Shown here piece after piece: positions 55,181-64,000 of a stretch of 64,000 nt of DNA. The translations under genes were made by a program, and so were the position numbers. The notes beneath the pieces are model-generated. The model was not told the origin of the DNA. It worked only from the letters and a program-made list of their open reading frames with translations, and ran no database searches. How positions within the stretch are numbered: the first letter of the stretch is position 1; the number at the start of each line of letters is the position of its first letter. The stretch lies in the UHGV virus genome UHGV-0211740; one strand, given 5' to 3'. This stretch comes from a virus.

Positions 55181-58100
55181 ATGCTTCCAATCCCTTTGCT
55201 AAAACTTGGTCGTCATTTCCTCGATAAGAGGGGTGGAGTTAAGGAACTTGCTGTTCTGTCATACCCAATAGACAACAGTGACGGTACAAGCACTACAGTA
55301 GCCTATGTAAATAGCTTAGCTATACTTTTTGATAACGGTCAACTCAATATTACAGGTTACAACAGGTTCGGGGAGTGCAGGACTGGAGATCTTGACACGA
55401 TAAACTACCCAAATGAGGCTGCCTGGAACGTTGACCATGTGTGGAGAGCAGACCGTGCGTTTGTGATCCGAACTTTTGATAATCAGTTTTTCTACATCGG
55501 CTGCACTGCAGGGCTTATTGGGTCTGATGCTGCAGGTGGTAATGATGTTTGTGTAAGGGAGTGGACACCTCTTCCTGAACAGATTGTTAAAGGATTGCAC
55601 CTTGACACCCACCCAGAGCGCCTTGTTGAGGTGATGGGCGGTATTAACAACACCGTCTGGGTTATGGCAGAGGCAGAAGGCACTGGCATTTTACACCTGT
55701 ACGGATCTGGTAACAACACCTACGGATCTTTGCATGTGGATAAAAACCAGCATGCAACCCCTGTAAAGATTGGTGAAACATCGGAAAATCCTGAAACAGG
55801 TCCTTGGAAAAACCCAAGCATCAACTGTGAGGTGCATGATAACTCTGTTATTTTCGGCGGTCCTAGAGGTTTCTGGATTGCGGGATACGACTTTCTGAGA
55901 AACAACAGCAGAAACGACCTTGTTTGGCCTCCTGCTCAGATTACCCGTGACGATTTGAGAGGTATTCCTGCAGATGAGGAGTGGAAAGGGTTCATGTGCG
56001 GTCCGAACGGGGCAGTGGTTGTAACACAAAGAATGCACAGACCTGATGACCAGCAACTTGTTAACGTATTCTACGGGCAAAACATCTGGGGAGATGATAC
56101 ATGGCGTTCCTTAAATCTTACCTACACCCATGAAGTAATAATGGCGCGTGGGTACGGAACAAGCGGCATTTTCTTCAATAATGGCACTAAGCAGTATCGT
56201 GGATTCTCTCGCAACTTATGTAATGATATTGGTGCACAGTCTGCAAACAATAGCCCTAGGGATAATTTTATCCACTATCAAGCCCTTGCCACAGCTAAAT
56301 ATGTTGAGCAAAGACTGCCAGTCAGCTGGACAGAGAGTGTTTATTTCCAGGGCATTCACAGAGAGGGTTTTTTAGGGACCTTTACTGTTGTTAATGGTAA
56401 ACTTTGGTGGTCAGGTATCCCAAGGGGAAGTTTTGCAGGCTCTAATAACTTGTTTGGGGGTAGACTTAATAGTCAAGGGTTCACAGAGGTTCCTGAGAAT
56501 TGGTATAAAAATGTTCCAGTAGACAGTTGGGATATTGAGGATATTTTTGACGTTAACGGTGTTAGCAGCGTTAGCAATATTTACATTGGTGACACGGTCA
56601 AGATGAAATTGAAGCCTCAGCCAGAGGGTGCTACGTTCATTATTGACAAGATTGAACTGGTAAATGCTGCAGGCACGGTTGTTACAGATGCAAATTATCA
56701 ATTCTCCACCAACTGGAACCACGGTGGTGCCAACGAAGTTATTGTTACCCAGTATAACAGGAATGTTAACAGACGTGGCCTGTACTCTGTAAAAATAACC
56801 TATCATGACAAGCATGGCACAGGTAGAACTCACACGACAAGGACTTTGAACTGGAACACCATAGTTCCTGCGTATCCGTCTAACGGTAAGTGGCATACTG
56901 TCGGTAGAAACAAGCAGTTCCATGTTAACGATACTGTGTACTTTGGGCTGAATGGTACTCAGCCTGCAGTAGAAGGGGATACATCGTATATGGTCAGACT
57001 CCATAGAATGGATGCTGGATCAGTAACTTATGATGTTACCCAAGAGATTTATGATCAGCGACGAAATACCTACAATAACTTGGTGCAGACACAGGCCTTA
57101 TGGGAGTTCAACCCCAACGGCAGAGGTGGTAAAATGTTGCAGGTCAACGAACAAAACGGGACATCGTTGACTGTACACGAACATTCAGATCCTTGGCCTG
57201 ATCCTGGAAAACCTCACCCAGGCGCTCGTACACTAAAAATTGTCAGCCATGACGTAGGATATTTCGGAATACGCTGGGAAGCTACGGTAAGATATGCCGA
57301 CGGGACGACAAACAATATTGGGATTACTCTTGGCGGCACCAGTGAGGATAACTCGCTGAAAATTGCCTACACACCCAGAGGCATCTCTATTGACAATATG
57401 GATGTTGTTCGCAATGGTTACGGAGATGTAAACATCAAAGTTACTCTTGGTGAGCATCTCGGCGGAGAGAGGATCATTATGTATGCCTTTGATCATGACC
57501 CGCGAACCAACGGAACTTATGCGAATCAGGCCTGGAGTTACCTGATAAGTGCGCCTGAGCCAAATACTAAAGAATTCTACTACGGTATGAAGCGAGATGT
57601 GTGCAAGAAAACAGGAACACATGACTGGATTGCTATCTGCGTTAAAGATGAGAGAACAGCTTGGGATGAGCCTGTTAACAGATGGTTCATAGGTATTCCC
57701 ACTCGAAGTGATAAATACGTTGAAGAATATATTGTGTGCATGGGTGGCACCAACCTCAATATGTGTTGGAACGAGGATGCAAACAAATACTCTGATTATG
57801 ACTATATGAGGGACTACTCTTGCAATCAATGGTTTAACCAAACCGGGTATGCTAATCGGCAGTCAAGAGTAAACCCTGCAATCTTTACAGATACGCAGGT
57901 TTTCTTGACAAAACAGGCAAACGAGGTTCAGACCTTCAAGAACAACTATGACCCTAACAAGTGGTTCTATAACTGCTATGGGGCATTTTTCTGGGGACCC
58001 GGGGAATTACCTGGTGGTGGCTCTTGTTTTGAGGCTGCAACTTACGCCAGTGACAGATTTATGGGCCAGGTCAAGAAATACAAGATAATTCCAGGGCCTG

Positions 58101-60814
58101 AAACTTTAGGTAACGCTGTCGACCCCTATATCATCATGAGTGATCTAAGATCGAACATGGATGGAACATCCATATCTATGCAAGTTCCGGTAACAAACGG
58201 ATACAAGCGTGTTGTGATGATCATTAAGTGCGATCTGATAGGTAAGCAAGTTCTTGCAGAGAACGGAACTTCCACCCACCTATTTGAGACTGCTCTGCAC
58301 TATCAGTTTGCTGATTCCCCTTTTGCAGGGGATAAGAGAATATCTGACACAGACGCTGTGCGATGCAAGAAATTTATGCTAGGTGGTGGGTGGTGGTGGT
58401 ATGAATTTGACTTAACAGACAAATTCACCGACACGTCTAAAGTAGTGACGGGGCTTCGTCTAGACCTTGGCGAAAACATGCACAAAAGTGTTTGTGATGG
58501 CACCTACGGTGACCCAACAATCTACTTAAAGTATGTCTCTTTTGAGCACCCAGAGGATGTTGTTTATGGTCCAAAACTGAGACTGTTTGGCAATTGGATT
58601 GCTAAAGACAGGGTAGGTATGGGCAAGAAGGTAAGAGGTTTCTTAATGGATGCCGGTACAGAGGACATGCTAGTTAATGCAGTGTGGCCTGAATTACCCG
58701 GAACTCAGTGGAACAACTCCGCTAAATCTATAAACTGGTTCAATATCCACAGGGCTATGTGGACAACCAACTGTTATCTGTGGAAAGAGCTGAATGACGG
58801 CGCTTTCGGGTTCACAGGTGGCAGAAGAATGGCAATCATTTGCTGGACAACGTTGCAAAGATGTTATGAACATGACTACGAGATTGGAGGTAGGGCATGG
58901 AAAAATATTAGGGATAGAATCATAACCAACTTTGCAGATCCTAACGGTGGTGGAGCGTATGGCTTTGACTGCAGCAGGCTCATCCATTTGAACGGATCCT
59001 CTGCCTACAAGAAAGAAGGTTACTCTGGGTCTATGATAGAATGGGGCCTGGTGAAAGATGCTCGCGTGCTGATGGGTCAACAACTTGCTGCTGCAATAGG
59101 TCCTAATGCAGTGCAATCTGTTAAACCTGCGTGGTTTGATATCCCATTGTGGTCATCCGGTACACCAGGGACCGCTGCAATCAACCCGACCACGGGGGAT
59201 CTGGAAATATCTTGGGAGGACTTGAAGCAGGTTGGAGGCTGGGATAAAACAGGGTATCAGGTTCAGTGGTGGAGGGCTGACGGATCTTTAGCTGCTGATG
59301 AGTTTGTTAAGGACAACTTCTACACCATGTCCTCTGCAAAAGCACAGCAACTGTTTGGTCAGGCTACTCCGTCAACGATTACCATGTCCATGTGCTGTAA
59401 AGACAACAGGACTGGAGCTTTGGGGCCAAGGGTTGCTAAAGTTTTCTCAGGTATTAAATGGAATCTCCCTGTTCAAAGTGTTTCATGGAAGCAAATAGGT
59501 GATAACAAGCTACTAGTTACTCCTGCCTGCCAGTTCAACGCAACCCTCAACGTTGATCCGGCTGTTGCAGCAAACTCAGCTAAAGCTTCTGACTTCTCTG
59601 TGTCTAACACTGCCATGGCAGATGTGAGAAAGATTGATACACTGAATGCCAGAATTACCTGTAAAAACACTTACGGCACATTCCAGATCATCAACAACTT
59701 CACAGATACTGATTCTAAGGTAGTGAGGACAGCAAGCCAGACTATGCAGTTGGGAACTCTGGCATACTCTGCCCTGATCACTGAACAATCTCCTACCCTT
59801 CAGGGTGGAGGTGTTGGTAAGTTGATCACAACACCTGTGTGGAAGCCAAATGAGTGGGTTGTGTTTGATTTGACTGTAGACTTCTCCAGTGACAATAACT
59901 GGACATGGGTAAGGAATTGCTTGTCACAGTTGATGGGTGGTCCAAGCTCTGTTAGTGATAGCCACGACTCTACGGACCCGAGCGTGTTCCAGGTGGGTAA
60001 AACTCATCCAGAAACTGGGGCACAGTTGCCTGACAGGAAGTATGCTTTGGTTTGCATCTCCAACGGCAAGGCAGATGTAACCTTCTCAGGGACACACGCA
60101 TATAACGGCACTTACAACTTCTCTAAAAAGTACAGCCTCAAGGCAGGTAACATTGTAGATGAAGTTGGTGCGTTGTATAATCCAGGTAACGGCATAGGGA
60201 TTGTGGGTGGTAAACTGCAGATGCAGGAACCTTCTATTACCCCTTCCAATGTGCCAGGGATTAGAAAGACTTGGGAAAGTAGTAATACTAACATTGCAAC
60301 AGTGGATGCTACCACAGGATTGGTAACATTTAAAGCCCCTGGTAATGTCACTATAAAGTTTGTAGTTACGGATGATGCAGGCCGCAAAACGTCTTCAACA
60401 TCTTTCACTGTAAGACAGATGGCACCTCAGTGGAGAATGTGGATAGGCACAGCAACAAACGGGGCATACCCTAATCCGGCAGGGACTTCTGGTATGAAGA
60501 CTTTCTCTACAAGCAAGCCGATGGAGTACGGCAGCGGTCCTAAGGTAGGGCAGATGGTGTACTTTGGTGCATATATTCCTGAAATTATAGGGCTTCCGAG
60601 AAGTCAGCTTCAGTTGCTGTTTGGGGCTGGTGTTGACGATCTTGCCACTTTCGGGTATAGCGACAACATCGAGGCTGCAAGAAGTTCAGGATGGGTAGGG
60701 TTCAGAATGGAGTCTGGAAAGGAAGGCAGGATTCTAGGGACAGCCTCTATAGGTGTTATGTTCCCTGGTGACCAGCAGTATCGTCTGGGAGCCTACGCAA
60801 CTTTCTCTCTTTAG
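55181..60814 (+). CDS. giant virion-associated protein (putative adhesin/fibre) with beta-propeller-like N-terminus and Ig-like C-terminal region
   Basis: 1877-aa uninterrupted ORF; N-terminal repeats of the type G.N..G.LG (RCC1-like impression); near C-terminus a segment (NTNIATVDATTGLVTFKAPGNVTIKFVVTDDAGRKTSSTSFTVR) resembling bacterial Ig-like group 2 domains. Confidence 0.5.
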   Translation: MLPIPLLKLGRHFLDKRGGVKELAVLSYPIDNSDGTSTTVAYVNSLAILFDNGQLNITGYNRFGECRTGDLDTINYPNEAAWNVDHVWRADRAFVIRTFDNQFFYIGCTAGLIGSDAAGGNDVCVREWTPLPEQIVKGLHLDTHPERLVEVMGGINNTVWVMAEAEGTGILHLYGSGNNTYGSLHVDKNQHATPVKIGETSENPETGPWKNPSINCEVHDNSVIFGGPRGFWIAGYDFLRNNSRNDLVWPPAQITRDDLRGIPADEEWKGFMCGPNGAVVVTQRMHRPDDQQLVNVFYGQNIWGDDTWRSLNLTYTHEVIMARGYGTSGIFFNNGTKQYRGFSRNLCNDIGAQSANNSPRDNFIHYQALATAKYVEQRLPVSWTESVYFQGIHREGFLGTFTVVNGKLWWSGIPRGSFAGSNNLFGGRLNSQGFTEVPENWYKNVPVDSWDIEDIFDVNGVSSVSNIYIGDTVKMKLKPQPEGATFIIDKIELVNAAGTVVTDANYQFSTNWNHGGANEVIVTQYNRNVNRRGLYSVKITYHDKHGTGRTHTTRTLNWNTIVPAYPSNGKWHTVGRNKQFHVNDTVYFGLNGTQPAVEGDTSYMVRLHRMDAGSVTYDVTQEIYDQRRNTYNNLVQTQALWEFNPNGRGGKMLQVNEQNGTSLTVHEHSDPWPDPGKPHPGARTLKIVSHDVGYFGIRWEATVRYADGTTNNIGITLGGTSEDNSLKIAYTPRGISIDNMDVVRNGYGDVNIKVTLGEHLGGERIIMYAFDHDPRTNGTYANQAWSYLISAPEPNTKEFYYGMKRDVCKKTGTHDWIAICVKDERTAWDEPVNRWFIGIPTRSDKYVEEYIVCMGGTNLNMCWNEDANKYSDYDYMRDYSCNQWFNQTGYANRQSRVNPAIFTDTQVFLTKQANEVQTFKNNYDPNKWFYNCYGAFFWGPGELPGGGSCFEAATYASDRFMGQVKKYKIIPGPETLGNAVDPYIIMSDLRSNMDGTSISMQVPVTNGYKRVVMIIKCDLIGKQVLAENGTSTHLFETALHYQFADSPFAGDKRISDTDAVRCKKFMLGGGWWWYEFDLTDKFTDTSKVVTGLRLDLGENMHKSVCDGTYGDPTIYLKYVSFEHPEDVVYGPKLRLFGNWIAKDRVGMGKKVRGFLMDAGTEDMLVNAVWPELPGTQWNNSAKSINWFNIHRAMWTTNCYLWKELNDGAFGFTGGRRMAIICWTTLQRCYEHDYEIGGRAWKNIRDRIITNFADPNGGGAYGFDCSRLIHLNGSSAYKKEGYSGSMIEWGLVKDARVLMGQQLAAAIGPNAVQSVKPAWFDIPLWSSGTPGTAAINPTTGDLEISWEDLKQVGGWDKTGYQVQWWRADGSLAADEFVKDNFYTMSSAKAQQLFGQATPSTITMSMCCKDNRTGALGPRVAKVFSGIKWNLPVQSVSWKQIGDNKLLVTPACQFNATLNVDPAVAANSAKASDFSVSNTAMADVRKIDTLNARITCKNTYGTFQIINNFTDTDSKVVRTASQTMQLGTLAYSALITEQSPTLQGGGVGKLITTPVWKPNEWVVFDLTVDFSSDNNWTWVRNCLSQLMGGPSSVSDSHDSTDPSVFQVGKTHPETGAQLPDRKYALVCISNGKADVTFSGTHAYNGTYNFSKKYSLKAGNIVDEVGALYNPGNGIGIVGGKLQMQEPSITPSNVPGIRKTWESSNTNIATVDATTGLVTFKAPGNVTIKFVVTDDAGRKTSSTSFTVRQMAPQWRMWIGTATNGAYPNPAGTSGMKTFSTSKPMEYGSGPKVGQMVYFGAYIPEIIGLPRSQLQLLFGAGVDDLATFGYSDNIEAARSSGWVGFRMESGKEGRILGTASIGVMFPGDQQYRLGAYATFSL

Positions 60815-60825
60815 CAAGCAGTAAA

Positions 60826-60857
60826 TAAAAAAGGGGCCGTTTGGCCCCTTTCTTTTT
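60826..60857. terminator. bidirectional rho-independent terminator
   Basis: AAAAAAA-GGGGCC-GTTT-GGCCCC-TTTCTTTTT, symmetric A-run and T-run, between convergent genes. Confidence 0.75.
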
Positions 60858-60861
60858 ATAG

Positions 60862-61062
60862 TTAGTAATACTCCCAACATGCCCCATCTTCAGACGGCTT
60901 GACTCGCTTACCCTTGTGGTCCACATAGGTGTAACCGCAACCTTCACAAATAACAGGTGCTGCATAACCTTCTTTCCACTGATCCTCAGTGATCAGACCT
61001 TCCAAATCTTTGCAGTCAAAGCCAAACAACTCTTCAGAACAATTTTTGCAAAAATCAGCCAT
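60862..61062 (-). CDS. small zinc-ribbon protein
   Basis: 66 aa with CKNC ... CEGC pairs. Confidence 0.45.
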   Translation of the reverse strand: MADFCKNCSEELFGFDCKDLEGLITEDQWKEGYAAPVICEGCGYTYVDHKGKRVKPSEDGACWEYY

Positions 61063-61065
61063 TTC

Positions 61066-61473
61066 TCAGTCCTCGCATTTAACAAATTTTTCTACAGATC
61101 CACCAAGCACAGCTTGTTGTTTGATGGCACTTTCTTCATCATAGTGGATAGACTTATGTTCCGTACCTCCGAACTTACCTGTGTGGAAGGTGTGCACCCA
61201 AATCTCTTTGGGAAGGGATTTATTCTCTTCTTCCACCAATTCCCACATACCCCACAAGTGATCTGTGATATCTTTGATGAAATATCCCTCGCCGAGGTTT
61301 GTATTCACACTATAGGCCGATTCGTGATCTCCGTGAATATAACGGAAGGCAGTATACTCTTTCCCTGGCGTGAAGTGGGTATCCATCAGTATGGCTGTTA
61401 AAGAATTAGGGTCTCGAAATCCCAAGAACTTTAGTTTAACAATTTCGACGTTTACACTTGCAAGATTCTCCAT
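61066..61473 (-). CDS. hypothetical protein
   Basis: 135-aa ORF, His-rich; the overlapping plus-strand ORF 60916-61401 looks non-protein-like. Confidence 0.45.
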   Translation of the reverse strand: MENLASVNVEIVKLKFLGFRDPNSLTAILMDTHFTPGKEYTAFRYIHGDHESAYSVNTNLGEGYFIKDITDHLWGMWELVEEENKSLPKEIWVHTFHTGKFGGTEHKSIHYDEESAIKQQAVLGGSVEKFVKCED

Positions 61474-61636
61474 GACAGTCTCCTCTGTTTGGTAGGTGAG
61501 AGAATCATATACAAACCCGGTGTCGGTGTCAAGCTTAATTTTAAGGGATCTGAGAGGGTATTTTATTCAGGAAGGTAATCACACAGGGTGGGGCAATTTA
61601 TGAAGGCACAGGCCTCGTTTGAGGCCTTAAATTTTA

Positions 61637-62017
61637 TTATGGCACCTTGACATAGCGCTCTGACAAAGCTGGGAAGCCAAAAGTGGTGCCTATACTGCCG
61701 TACGCTATCCACCATTGAAGTTCATCGTGACACCATTTTCCGATCAGAAAGGTGCTGGGGTATCGGGTCAGTATTTTGGCATAATCTTTAGGATCTGCAC
61801 CTTCTGGGATAATGATGCTTGGAACATCTTTGTTATGACCGCAGCAGCAGTTTAGCGTTTTCAAACCTGCTGCCCACAAGCTCATGATAGGCTTAGCCAT
61901 ACACTTATCAAGGCACACACGTTTTTTGCCGTCACGAAGATTTTTAGGCACATCAACGATAACATTTGGGCGCTTGGCACCTTTCACTTTCCAATTGTAG
62001 GATTTACACTTACACAT
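61637..62017 (-). CDS. hypothetical Cys-rich protein
   Basis: 126 aa with nine Cys. Confidence 0.4.
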   Translation of the reverse strand: MCKCKSYNWKVKGAKRPNVIVDVPKNLRDGKKRVCLDKCMAKPIMSLWAAGLKTLNCCCGHNKDVPSIIIPEGADPKDYAKILTRYPSTFLIGKWCHDELQWWIAYGSIGTTFGFPALSERYVKVP

Positions 62018-62234
62018 TTCATTAGTCTCCGTCTAGAAAGCCGCACTATATGTTTTTGAGGTATATTTTACTTAAAGTCTTTATCACCTGCCACGATTGC
62101 ATGAATCCACTCGTTGTGATGCTTAATGGCGGTGAGGTGTAGCATAATGTAGTGATTGTCATTACCAAGCATGGTGAGATAAGCTTTAGCAGCACCATGA
62201 TATAACTTCCACATTAAGTAATGATACCTTCGTT

Positions 62235-62714
62235 TCATGGCTCTTTCTCCGGTTCAGGATCTGGGTAATCTTCAATAATAAAAGGCCATCCATTACGCTT
62301 TGCGTCAGACTTATACTTAATCTCCTTCATTGCGAACTCTAACTGATTTTTAGCAGGAATGCAAGCCGGAGAATCATCCACCCAGATGTCAGGGTAGATA
62401 TCGAACTGTGCCAAGTAGGCTGCCTTTTGTACACCGCCTGTGTAGAACACACCTACATCCAACTCCTTGCGCCAATACTCAATGTCCACGTTGTCTTGAG
62501 TGATGAACCGAGAAGTCACAAGGTATACTGTCCACCCTTCCTTTTTCAAGTCCTTAATCAGGCGGGAGAAGATGAAAGGACTCGCATTAAACGTTCCATC
62601 AAAGTCAATGGCAATGATGTGTGTGCCGTGGCGAGTCTCATATGGATTGCTCGTGGTGAGATTGCTGTAGTTAAAAGGGACCTCTTCCCCGCAGTAGCTG
62701 TAGTCCATATTCAC
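62235..62714 (-). CDS. HAD-superfamily phosphatase (nucleotidase or polynucleotide 3'-phosphatase-like)
   Basis: 159 aa; HAD motif I IIAIDFDGT, motif II VYLVTSR, later acidic motif IWVDDSP. Confidence 0.5.
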   Translation of the reverse strand: MNMDYSYCGEEVPFNYSNLTTSNPYETRHGTHIIAIDFDGTFNASPFIFSRLIKDLKKEGWTVYLVTSRFITQDNVDIEYWRKELDVGVFYTGGVQKAAYLAQFDIYPDIWVDDSPACIPAKNQLEFAMKEIKYKSDAKRNGWPFIIEDYPDPEPEKEP

Positions 62715-63040
62715 ACCTTCTCGTTGATAAATTTACGGGCGGTTTGGTGAGTTGTTTCTGCTGTCTTCAGGATGATATTAATTTTATCGTCAAGATCATT
62801 CATCTCAGCAGTTAATTCAGGAATCTCTCCGGCATGCATGGTGAAATCATACATAGACATACCCAGGATCTCGTTGATTCGGCGGTTGCATTCTGCAGCA
62901 CGCTGGTTCATTTTCCAGGCTAACACTAAAGCCTCTTGTGTAGCCTCCAGTGCAAAGTCTAATACGTCAGCTTCTTCTTTCGTCATCTCAGTCTCTCTTG
63001 TTGTATTTGTTGGTAGGTGCATGAACACCTTATATCTCAC
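62711..63040 (-). CDS. hypothetical protein
   Basis: 109-aa ORF, start overlaps next gene. Confidence 0.4.
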   Translation of the reverse strand: MRYKVFMHLPTNTTRETEMTKEEADVLDFALEATQEALVLAWKMNQRAAECNRRINEILGMSMYDFTMHAGEIPELTAEMNDLDDKINIILKTAETTHQTARKFINEKV

Positions 63041-63042
63041 TT

Positions 63043-63615
63043 TTATTCAAACTGCAATAGCAAGTCCACCACCGCACTAGGCCTGTCAACAAATTCCCCA
63101 GGTCCACATGCCCATAGAGGGTATCCGTCAACATACCTCCATATCCAACCTGCAGTGTGGAGCTCAAGCAGGGCAGTGCCGTCCTTACTGTCAACCACTC
63201 TTTCCCACAGTGTTGGGCAGCGAAGCTTGAGAATCGGGTCCCCGCCCTTATACCCGTCCATGTAGATACCCATTGCAAAGTTCAGCATCATCTTTTTGTG
63301 CATAGATCTTTTACTGAGGGTGCTCATCACTTCCTCTTTGTGAATGCTTGTAAGCTTCTCCTTAGCTATCCGTAGATCGTTGCAACCATTGTTCAGCAGA
63401 TCTTCCAGGCACTTGATCCGAAGGTCGTGAATGTCTTTGTCGTGTACCGTTGGCACAGGGTCGTAGCGATATAGCACTGTTGATACAAGGTTGCTAGGGT
63501 GTGGGTCTGATAGCAACCCATACCCCCAGTACTCTTCTGTATCTGAAAGGACAAGACACCCAATGTCTCTGTCAAGCTTTCCTGTGTTGTAAGCCACATT
63601 GACCGCCATGATCAT
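63043..63615 (-). CDS. hypothetical protein
   Basis: 190-aa ORF. Confidence 0.4.
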   Translation of the reverse strand: MIMAVNVAYNTGKLDRDIGCLVLSDTEEYWGYGLLSDPHPSNLVSTVLYRYDPVPTVHDKDIHDLRIKCLEDLLNNGCNDLRIAKEKLTSIHKEEVMSTLSKRSMHKKMMLNFAMGIYMDGYKGGDPILKLRCPTLWERVVDSKDGTALLELHTAGWIWRYVDGYPLWACGPGEFVDRPSAVVDLLLQFE

Positions 63616-63857
63616 AACTCCACTAGCAAAGTACTTTCAAAATGCCTCTCATGTAGACCATTATAAGGAACCACTTCCACAACACCATCACGGATATATG
63701 GAGTCATCATAGTGATATAATCCCCGAACGGGTTGGTATTATCACTAACCACAACAACATGCTGCCCTTCCTTGGCAGAGTGCCAGATAGATCTGCACTT
63801 CATCATGTGCTCTAGGGCACCTGGTAAAATTTTGTTACGTTCTTTACGAGTTTTCAT
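63612..63857 (-). CDS. hypothetical protein
   Basis: 81-aa ORF; AAGGAG RBS on minus strand about 11 nt upstream of ATG. Confidence 0.4.
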   Translation of the reverse strand: MKTRKERNKILPGALEHMMKCRSIWHSAKEGQHVVVVSDNTNPFGDYITMMTPYIRDGVVEVVPYNGLHERHFESTLLVEL

Positions 63858-64000
63858 AATAGAAATAGCTCCTTATGAAAATGGGCTTTCAATTTCTCAC
63901 CAAGAAACTTCTTAATGCCTTCTTCAAGGGTGTTCTCGATGTAGTCCAACTTAACCGCTTCGATGGACATATCATAGATCGCCAGCTCTAAGCTGTCAAG

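Noticed and set aside
56411-57841. Minus-strand ORFs (197 and 202 aa) inside the 1877-aa gene
   Set aside because: Antisense to one continuous 5.6-kb ORF; composition not protein-like.
60916-61401. 161-aa plus-strand ORF
   Set aside because: Phe-rich, antisense to the more plausible minus-strand gene 61066-61473 in a leftward block.
63858-64000. Partial gene at the right edge
   Set aside because: The frame I checked on the minus strand has stops within a few codons; with only 140 nt and no clear start/stop context I could not support a call.

Overview
This 64-kb window reads as a contiguous segment of a large, probably virulent, tailed phage genome (about 40-45% GC by eye, dense co-oriented genes, almost no non-coding space except a few islands). 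Layout: (i) 87-7669, leftward block of nucleic-acid metabolism and accessory genes (lambda R-like endolysin, ATP-dependent DNA ligase, MazG-like protein, a Sir2-family protein, HNH/AP2 endonuclease-like genes, RNA ligase-like gene); (ii) 7749-13569, rightward block with a P-loop kinase plus metallophosphatase, an iteron-like repeat array, two GC-rich non-coding islands, a cluster of 6 canonical tRNAs plus one aberrant tRNA-like element, and an i-/o-spanin pair; (iii) 13569-60814, a roughly 47-kb rightward morphogenesis module: terminase large subunit interrupted by an HNH-bearing insertion, portal, scaffold, decoration-like and lambda-E-like capsid genes, neck genes, sheath-like and tube-like tail proteins, chaperone with a -1 frameshift site, tape measure, and an unusually large set of baseplate, fibre and spike genes (lambda J-like, lambda Stf-like, S74 chaperone domain, two paralogous short fibres, a 1877-aa giant protein); (iv) 60862-64000, leftward small genes including a HAD-type phosphatase. 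I found no CRISPR array, integrase or restriction-modification genes. The candidates I consider most worth follow-up are the split terminase, the two-frame Stf-like fibre, the Sir2-centred accessory island next to an RNA-repair-like cassette, the palindromic iteron array with adjacent GC-rich islands, and the multi-receptor-binding tail apparatus with embedded small membrane proteins. All functional calls rest on motif recognition by eye and recalled protein families; no database search was run.
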